DNA of 64,000 nucleotides from the human T2T-CHM13v2.0 reference genome, Homo sapiens, in NCBI RefSeq assembly GCF_009914755.1, contig NC_060925.1. One strand, 5' to 3'. Positions 45,516 through 64,000 of the stretch are shown in pieces (within the stretch, counting starts at the first letter, position 1; every line of letters begins with the position of its first letter). A program made the translations under genes and the position numbers. The notes under the pieces are model-generated. The model searched no databases, had not been told where the DNA came from, and worked only from the letters and a program-made list of their open reading frames with translations.

Positions 45516-46359
45516 GATTTCCAGGGAAATTATTTCTATTTTTAATATTTCTACTATTTAATTTTAATAAATAATTTCTATAATTAATAACCATTACTAT
45601 TAAAATTATCCTCTTCCACTACCATTGAGCCATTGTCTTTCATTTAATTCATCACTAGAGAGAGAATATATGGTCACCTTTTTTGTATAATCCTTTCTAT
45701 GCTTGCAAAGTCTTCCAGCTATGCCTGAATTTTCTCTTCTTTCAGATAAATAGTAATTGTTCTTTAAACTTTCTTTAAACCTTTTGTATTTACTCTTTAA
45801 AATATTTTGTTGACTTTTTTTAATCTCAAGTTTTTCAAAGCTTTAGGCTACATTTATAAAAGTTCTAATAAGTACATATAAAGAAAATGACCTAGCTGTT
45901 TGAAAAATTCTGTAGCATCTTGTGTTAGTTTGGAGATTACTCATTTTCTGTTTGCATTTTGTGTTCCTTTGCCCTCACTTTTCCTTACCAAACATGCCTT
46001 CAGTCTTGCCTTTCTGCCAACTCAGGTGACCCTCTACCCACCATTATTTTTTAGCACCTGTATTTGATTGTGGTTTTCTGTGTCAGAAGCATTCGTGGAG
46101 ACTGTGACAATGTATCTCTAGAAGAGATAGCCAGTAAGCCAGAAAATAGATTGTTTGGCATTCCTCAGCCTTTGGTTTATAATTGTTAGACAGAAGTGTC
46201 CTGCCCAGTATATATTTGCATGCTGGTTGGCATTGAAGTAAATGTTCTCCTCTGGGAGTAATATTAGCAGGTGGCCACTAATGTTTTTCCCAGATTAGTA
46301 ATCAGACATTTTACCTGAACTCTGTGCTTGCCTGGAGGATTCTAATTAACCTTAGAACA

Positions 46360-46548
46360 CTTGCTACCATTTATTAAGTGTTAATCAAGTGCTGGATTCT
46401 CTTTATATGCAGAAGGTATTATATATTATCCCCATTTTATAAGGAAGCAAAATCTCAGATTGGTCAAGCAACACGTCCAAGGTTGCATAGCAAGTAAGTA
46501 GCACATCCGGGATTCAGATTCTTTCCAACTCTAAAGTCAGTCCTCTTT
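46360..46548 (-). mobile_element. MIR
   Basis: attatccccattttataagga...ccaaggttgcatagcaagtaagtagc...gggattc. Confidence 0.65.
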
Positions 46549-46584
46549 TGGGTATGCTGTTTTCTCAAACTCTTAGAGAGATTT

Positions 46585-46872
46585 TTTTGTATGGTTTGTT
46601 TTGAGACAGGGTCTCACTCTGTTTCCCAGGCTGGACTGCAATGGTGTGGTCATAGCTCACTGCAGCCTTGACCTCTTGGGCTCAAGCAGTCTTACCACCT
46701 CAGTCTCCTGAGTAGCTGGGACTACAGGCATGTGCCAGCCATGCCAGGCTAATTTTTAAATTAAAAAGAAAATTATTTTTGTAGGGTGGTCGGGAGCTCC
46801 TGGTCTCAAGTGATTCTCCTGCCTTGGCCTCCCAAAGTGCTGGGATTATAGGCATGACCATCATGCCTGGCC
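46585..46872 (-). mobile_element. AluJ with small internal deletion
   Basis: gagacagggtctcactctg...catagctcactgcagccttgacctcttgggctcaagc. Confidence 0.92.
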
Positions 46873-47906
46873 AGATAAGAGTTTTAGAACCAAAGTATTC
46901 GTTGTAAATAATGAAGCTGAAGTCAGAGGATTAATGCTGCCTGATTAAACCCAGTTCTTAACTCTTTAGTGTGCAGGCCTGATAGGACTTGGCCAGTGTT
47001 GAAGAACCTGGGTTATCAGAGTGGCATTGGGCTCTCATTGATGAGGATTATGGCAGTTGTGGTCCTGCCAGAGAATCTGAACAGTAGGAGATCATGGCAT
47101 GATAAACACGGTTCTTAGTGAAGGAGTGTCCTTAGACTCAGCCCTAGTGGAACCTTCATATCTCATTTCTTTTCCTAATGTTGGTCTGCACATTTCTTTA
47201 TTTGACTTCTCTAGTGTCTATGATACAAAAGATACTATTCATAAACAAAATCTAGTTCCTGGTCTCAAAGAATTTACAATCTAATGAGAGTAATTAGGGA
47301 TTCAAAAATAATAATAAAAATCAGTACTATATGAGAATTGACAACAAAATGCTATGGGAACTTTAAGCTCAGGCCATGATAGTGATGAAGACCAGCTGAC
47401 TTGCTTTAAACAACAATAGAACCAGACAAAATATATACATATAAGAAATATTGATTTTCAGACATTGGACAACAGACTGCATAGGACAGGCAATGATCCC
47501 TGAGAGGAGAAAATAAACAAAGTAGGCTCTGAAAATGCCCTAGCACATGGTTGCCAAACCACAGTGCAGGGAAGGGAAGCCCAACAAATCATAGCATTCT
47601 TACTAAATTGAAGAAACAGAAATTGAAGCTTGGGGAAGCCAAGATGTCTGGAATTTGTTGAGCAAAATACTGGAGAGTAGTAAGATACACAGAGGGAGAA
47701 CTCCAGAGGTCTGCAGAAGAAACCTCCTAGTCTTTGATTTGAGCATGCATTTGAAGAAACTACTGAGGCCAGGGGGAGACCACCAGAAAGTGGCAGGCAG
47801 AACAATCCTTGGATTGTTGAATCCATGAATGGTTTGTGTTCTCTTCAGCCAGTTGCAGAGCATTGGATAGAGACATCCTAGGTCAAAGTCATTTTAGGAA
47901 AACCCT

Positions 47907-47936
47907 GGTTTGTTTGTTTGTTTGTTTGTTTGTTTT
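47907..47936. repeat. (TTTG)n tetranucleotide repeat
   Basis: gtttgtttgtttgtttgtttgtttgtttt. Confidence 0.9.
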
Positions 47937-49083
47937 GCCATAAAAGTGCTTAAAAACAAAACTCAGAAAGATCAGTTGATTCCAAGTAACTTAACTGCAT
48001 CACGGAACAAAGACCAACAAGACTTAAAGGAACAATAAAGTCCAGCACCCCAAAAAATAACATTAACAAAAAAAAAAACATTGAGTGTGTAGCCTCCACT
48101 CAAAATCACCAGGCATGCAAATAAGCAGGAAAATACCTCCCACAAGTAGAAGAAAAATCAATAGAAACAAAACCAAAAATGCACAGACGATAGAATTAAG
48201 AGACAAGAATATTAAAACAGCTATTATAAATGTACTCCATGTGCTTAAGAATACAAGCAGAATACAAGCAGAGAGGCCAAAAGAAAGAAAAAGACACTTT
48301 CATCTAGAGATGAAACATATAATATATGAAAAAAATACAGTAGATGAGATTAGCAACAGGTTAAACACTAAACAGAAGAAAAGATCAGTTAAAGACATAA
48401 AAAAACTATACAACATGAAACAAAAAAATTGAATAAAAAACTAACAAAACATCAGTGAATTGTGGGACAATATTAAGTGACCTACATAAGTGTAATATTA
48501 GTCTTAGAAGGAGGGGATAAAGAAAAAGTATTTGCAGAAATGCTCAAATGCTTTGCAAATTTGATAAAAACTATAAACACATAATAAGAAAGTGGTCAGT
48601 TCATCAAGAGGATAGAGCAGTCCTAACTGTGTTTGTGTATACTTGTAATAAATTTATAGTACACAAAGCAAAAACATACAGAATTGAAAGGCGAAATAGA
48701 CAAATCCAAGAAACACAATACTTCACTATCACTTTCTCAATGATTGATAAAAAGGTAAACAGAAAATATAGACTTGAACAACCAATAGGACCTGATTTAT
48801 AGGTCACTTTACCCTAAACCAATAGAATATGTATTCCATTTGAAGTGCACACAGAACATTTGCCAAGAGAGACCATATTCTAGGCCATAAAACAAGTTTC
48901 AATAAGTTTAGAAGAATTGAAAATTTACAAAAACAAGTTAGTTGACCAGACTAGAATTAAACTAAAAATCACCAACAGAAAGATATCTGGAAGATCCTCA
49001 AATATATGGATATGGAACAACATCCTTCTAAAAACATGTGGATTGAAGAAAAAAATCACAAGGAAAACTGGAAAATATTTTCA

Positions 49084-49422
<339 letters not shown>

Positions 49423-50283
49423 TTATGGGAGGCAAATAAAGTAATGCTTAGAGGGAAATTTATATAATTCTTTTAAGTATCAGAAAAAAAGAAAGTTTTC
49501 AAATTAATGATCTAAGCTTCCAACTTAAGAAAGTAGATAACAAATTTTAAAAAAGAAGAGCTAATTAAGCACAATGCAAGCACAGGAAGAAAATAATAAA
49601 TATAAAAGCAAAAAAATCAATGGAATGAAAACAAACAATGGAGAAAAATCCTTAAGACCAATACAATTATTAAACCTCTAACCAAGATAATAAAGAGAAA
49701 AGGAAGAAGACACACATTACCAATATGTGGAATGAAAGAGGGGACATCACTATAGAACCTATAGGCATTTAATAAGGGAATATTATGAACATTTTTATGT
49801 CAATAAATTCAACTTAGGTAAAATGGGCAAATTTCTTGAAAGATTATAAACTACCAAAGCTTACTTAAAAACATATAGATAACCTGAATAGCACCATATC
49901 TACTAAAAAATTTGAATTTGTAGTTAAAAACATTCCCACAAAAAGAATTCTAGGCCCAGATGGCTTTACTGGTAAATTCTATGAAACGCAAAAGAAATAG
50001 CATCAATTGTACACACTTTTCCAGAAAATAAAGAGGAGAGAATAACTCTCCCGGCTTAGCCTCTAAGGGCCTGCAATTACTTTGGTACCTAAACCAAACA
50101 AAATAAAGGCATTATAAGAAGAGAAAACTACAGATCAATCTCTCTTATTAATATGGATGTAAAAATCTTAAACAAAATATTAGCAAATTGAGTCCAGCAC
50201 TGCATAAAAAAGGCAATACATAATGACTAAGCAAGTTTTATCCCACAAATGCAAGGTTGGTTTAACATTTAAAAGCCAATTAG

Positions 50284-50349
50284 TGGCCAGGCGCTTTGGC
50301 TTACGCCTGTAATCCTAGCACTTTGGGAGGCCGAGGCAGGCGGTCAGGA
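50284..50349 (+). mobile_element. Alu 5' fragment (~65 nt)
   Basis: ggccaggcgctttggcttacgcctgtaatcctagcactttgggaggccgaggcaggcgg. Confidence 0.88.
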
Positions 50350-51011
50350 ATTTTCTTAACTTGATAAAGAGTATTAAGGGAAAACCTACAGTAAACATCA
50401 CATTTACTGGTGAAAGACTGAATACTTATATTCTAAGGTCAGGAGAAAGGCCAGGATGTCCATTCTTACCATTTCTATGGAACATTGTACAAAAAGTACT
50501 AGTGAATATAATAAAGCAATAAAAAGAAATTAAAGGGATTTAAATTGGAACAGAAGTAAAACTGTCTTTATTCACCAGACTACATTATGATCACCTTCAT
50601 AGAAAGTCCTAAGGAATATACAAAAAAGAAATCTGTAAGAATTAATAGATGAGCTTAGCAGAGTCATGTATAAACAATTTTCTTTCTACATATTAGCAAC
50701 AAACAGTTAAAACTGAAATAAACCAATGCCATTTATAATAAAATAAAAAATATGAAAAATTTAGGGATAAATTTTATGAAATATGTATATGACTACAAAA
50801 AACTTTAAAATGCTGATGAGAAAAATTAAAGAAGATGAACTAAGTGAATTGGTAATAGCAATAATAATAAATAAATAGATTACCATGCTTATGGACCAGA
50901 AGATATTAAGATATCAGCACTCCCCAAACTGATTTATCTTCATTCAGTGTGATATCAGTAAAATTTCCATCAGTCTTCTTTTGGTGATAGAAATTGACAA
51001 GTTAATACTAA

Positions 51012-51726
<715 letters not shown>

Positions 51727-52489
51727 GACTTATAATGAAGTTACATTAATCAAGACAGTACAGTATTGGCATAGGAATGTCTCTATAGATAATGGAACAG
51801 AATTGAGTATGAAATAGAACCACATATATGGTCAATTGATTTTTTTTTTGACAGAGCTGAGGTTTCATTCACCTTTTAAAAATATTTTACTCAGTCATAA
51901 TATACATACAGAAAAATGCTCATGGTCAATTAATTTTTGATGAAAATGACATGTTAATTCAATGAGGAAAACATAACCTTTTTAAAAAACGGTGCTGAAA
52001 TAACTGGATCTCCATATACAAAAAATATAACTTCAACCTGTAAATCACATTATATGCAGTAATAAACTTGAAATGGTTGTTTAACTGAAATGTAAATGCT
52101 AAAACTGTGTTGTACAACTACTAGAAGAGAACATAGGAGAAAAATCTTAGTGACTTTGAGTTAGGCAAATATTTCTTAACTAGGACACCAAAAGCACAAA
52201 AAGAAAAAAAATTCATGACCTAGACTTCATAAAGTTAAAAACTTTTGCTTTTTAAAAGACTCTATTACAGAAATGAAAAGTAAGACACAAACTGGGAGAA
52301 AATATCTGTAAAACATGTATCTGATAAAAGACTTGTATCCAGAATATAGAAAGGACTCTAATAATAAGGAAAAAATAGGCAAAAGATTTGAATGGATGCT
52401 TCTCCAAAAAGATATAAAAATGGCAAATAAATATGGGGAAAGTTGTTCAACATCATCAGACATTAGGGAAATGGAAATTGAAACCACAA

Positions 52490-57687
<5,198 letters not shown>

Positions 57688-57688
57688 G

Positions 57689-57753
57689 ACTGTACAACTG
57701 TATCAGCTGCTCGTAGGACATGTCCAGCAGCTGCTCGAGGTCCACGCCGCGGT
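57689..57753 (-). pseudogene. RPS15: 65 nt fragment of RPS15 (uS19) coding sequence, processed-mRNA-like
   Basis: The minus strand translates to [21 protein letters not shown], against RPS15 [21 protein letters not shown] as recalled; GC-rich with five intact CpGs in an AT-rich context. Confidence 0.88.
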
Positions 57754-57839
57754 GATACATCCTCTTCACAGACTGCAGAAAAACAGCAGATTTGTGATTT
57801 AACTGGGAGTTTTCTGGGATCAAACAGTAGCTTTGTTTA

Positions 57840-57882
57840 CAGTCCTGGGTATGTCTTTATCAGCGGCATGAAAACAGACTAA
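57840..57882 (+). mobile_element. 3' tip of a THE1/MST (MaLR) LTR
   Basis: cagtcctgggtatgtctttatcagcggcatgaaaacagactaa resembles the THE1 end (...gggtatgtctttatcagcagcgtgaaaacggactaataca). Confidence 0.8.
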
Positions 57883-57884
57883 GA

Positions 57885-58918
57885 AGGAGGAGCCAAGATG
57901 GCCGAATAGGAACAGCTCTGGTCTACAGCTCCCAGCGTGAGCGACGCAGAAGATGGGTGATTTCTGCATTTCCATCTGAGGTACTGGGTTTATCTCACTA
58001 GGGAGTGCCAGACAGTGGGCGCAGGACAGTGGGTGCAGTGCACCGTGCGCGAGCCGAAGCATGGCTAGGCATTGCCTCACTCGGGAAGTGCAAGGGGTCA
58101 GGGAGTTCCCTTTCCTGGTCAAGGAAAGGGGTGACAGATGGCACCTGGAAAATCGGGTCACTCCCACCCGAATACTGTGCTTTTCTGACGGGCTTAGGAA
58201 ACCAGGAGATTATATCCCGCACCTGGCTCGGAGGGTCCTACGCCCACGGAGTCTCACTGATTGCTAGCACAGCAGTCTGAGATCCAACTGCAAGGTGGCA
58301 GCGAGGCTGGGGGAGGGGCGCCCGCCATTGCCCAGGCTTGCTTAGGTAAACAAAGCAGCCGGGAAGCTCGAACTGGGTGGAGCCCACCACAGCTCAAGGA
58401 GGCCTGCCTCCTTCTGTAGGCTCCACCTCTGGGGGCAGGGCACAGACAAACAAAAAGACAGCAGCAACCTCTGCAAACTTAAATGTCCCTGTCATTTTGA
58501 AGAGAGCTTTGAGGAGAGCAGTGGTTCTCCCAGCACGCAGCTGGAGATCTGAGAACAGGCAGACTGCCTCTTCAAGTGGGTCCCTGACCCCTGACCCCCG
58601 AGCAGCCTAACTGGGAGGCACCTCCCAGTGGGGGCAGACTGACACCTCACACGGCGGGCTACTCCTCTGAGACAAAACTTCCAGAGGAATGATCAGACAG
58701 CAGCATTCGCGGTTCACGAAAATCTACTGTTCTGCAGACACCACTGCTGATACCCAGGCAAACAGGGTCTGGAGTGGACCTCTAGCAAACTCCAACAGAC
58801 CTGCAGCTGAGGGTCCTGTCTGTTAGAAGGAAAACTAACAAACAGAAAGGACATCCACACCAAAAACCCATCTGTACATCACCATCATCAAAGACCAAAA
58901 GTAGATAAAACCACAAAG
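57885..58918 (+). promoter_or_regulatory. L1 5' UTR: internal sense promoter (YY1 site CAAGATGGCCG at ~57894-57904) and antisense promoter
   Basis: Intact YY1 motif and CpG-containing 5' UTR; promoter function is established for this L1 lineage but not shown for this copy. Confidence 0.7.
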
Positions 58919-59932
58919 ATGGGGAAAAAACAGAGCAGAAAAACTGGAAACTCTAAAAAGCAGAGTGCCTCTCCTCCTCCAAAGGAACGCAGTTCCTCAC
59001 CAGCAACAGAACAAAGCTGGACAGAGAATGACTTTGATGAGTTGAGAGAAGGCTTCAGACGATCAAACTACTCTGAGCTACAGGAGGAAATTCAAACCAA
59101 AGGCAAAGAAGTTGAAAACTTTGAAAAAAATTTAGACGAATTTATAACTAGAATAACCAATACAGAGAAGTGCTTAAAGGAGCTGATGGAGCTGAAGGCC
59201 AAGGCTCGAGAACCACATGAAGAATGCAGAAGCCTCAGGAGCTGATGTGATCAACTGGAAGAAAGGGTATCAGTGATGGAAGATGAAATGAATGAAATGA
59301 AGTGAGAAGGGAAGTTTAGAGAAAAAAGAATAAAAAGAAACGAACAAAGCCTCCAAGAAATATGGGACTATGTGAAAAAACCAAATCTATGTCCGATTGG
59401 TGTACCTGAAAGTGACGGGGAGAATGGAACCAAGTTGGAAAACACTCTGCAGGATATTATCCAGGAGAACTTCCCCAATCTAGCAAGGCAGGCCAACATT
59501 CAGATTCAGGAAATACAGAGAACGCCACTAAAATACTCCTCGAGAAGAGCAACTCCAAGACACGTAATTGTCAGATTCACCAAAGTTGAAATGAAGGAAA
59601 AAATGTTAAGGGCAGCCAGAGAGAAAGGTTGGGTTACCCACAAAGGGAAGCCCATCAGACTAACAGCGGATCTCTTGGCAGAAACTCTACAAGCCAGAAG
59701 AGAGTGGGGGCGAATATTCAACATTCTTAAAGAAAAGAATTTTCAACCCAGAATTTCATATCCAGCCAAACTAAGCTTCATAAGTGAAGGAGAAATAAAA
59801 TACTTTACAGACAAGCAAATGCTGAGAGATTTTGTCACCACCAGGCCTGCCCTAAAAGAGCTCCTGAAGGAAGCACTAAACATGGAAAGGAACAACCGGT
59901 ACCAGCCGCTGCAAAATCATGCCAAAATGTAA
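58919..59932 (+). pseudogene. L1 ORF1p, disrupted
   Basis: MGKKQSRKTGNSKKQS...QNHAKM with in-frame TGA stops at 59243-59245 and 59303-59305, likely CGA>TGA. Confidence 0.93.
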
Positions 59933-59995
59933 AGACCATCGAGACTAGGAAGAAACTGAATCAACTAATGAGCAAAATAACCAGCTAACATCATA

Positions 59996-63822
<3,827 letters not shown>

Positions 63823-64000
63823 ACAATGAGAACACATGGACACAGGAAGGGGAACATCACACTCTGGGGACTGTTGTTGGGTGGGGAGAGGGGAGAAGGA
63901 TAGCATTAGGAGATATACCTAATGCTAAATGACGAGTTAATGGGTGCAGCACACCAACATGGCACATGTATACATATGTAACTAACCTGCACATTGTGCA

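Noticed and set aside
57689-57753. RPS15 fragment as a functional nested gene or a conventional processed pseudogene
   Set aside because: It covers only about 21 codons and has no start, 3' UTR, poly-A or TSD of its own, so it is treated as a captured fragment.
58254-58328. L1 ORF0 on the minus strand (ATG at 58328, MAGAPPPASLPPCSWISDCCASNQ)
   Set aside because: It terminates after 24 codons at a TGA, likely CGA>TGA, so it is not an intact ORF0.

Overview
This is primate, most likely human, genomic DNA; AluY and an L1PA3/4-type element are present. The window lies entirely inside the SLC22A15 gene (+ strand), an MFS/SLC22 organic ion transporter. Six internal coding exons (25546-43356; 133/165/130/216/141/86 nt) have canonical AG/GT ends and compatible phases. 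The rest is intron and mostly transposable elements. Upstream of the exons is an antisense nest of three L1s plus Alus and an LTR (535-11350). Downstream is a sense nest of an old L1M, an L1PB and a full-length L1PA3/4 (47355-64000). The window also holds about 17 Alu copies or fragments, MIRs, L2s, two solo LTRs and a MER47/Tigger5 element. The most unusual signal is a ~197 nt patchwork at the 5' junction of the young L1PA (57688-57884). It contains a CpG-intact, apparently spliced 65 nt fragment of RPS15 mRNA in antisense, ~85 nt of unassigned DNA and the 3' tip of a THE1/MST LTR. Also notable are a 5'-intact, 3'-truncated L1 that still has a target-site duplication (3133-10345) and a tandem splice donor that would create an immediate stop. 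Repeat subfamily names come from recalled consensus sequences and need RepeatMasker/Dfam confirmation. Most of the supplied ORFs are spurious repeat translations.
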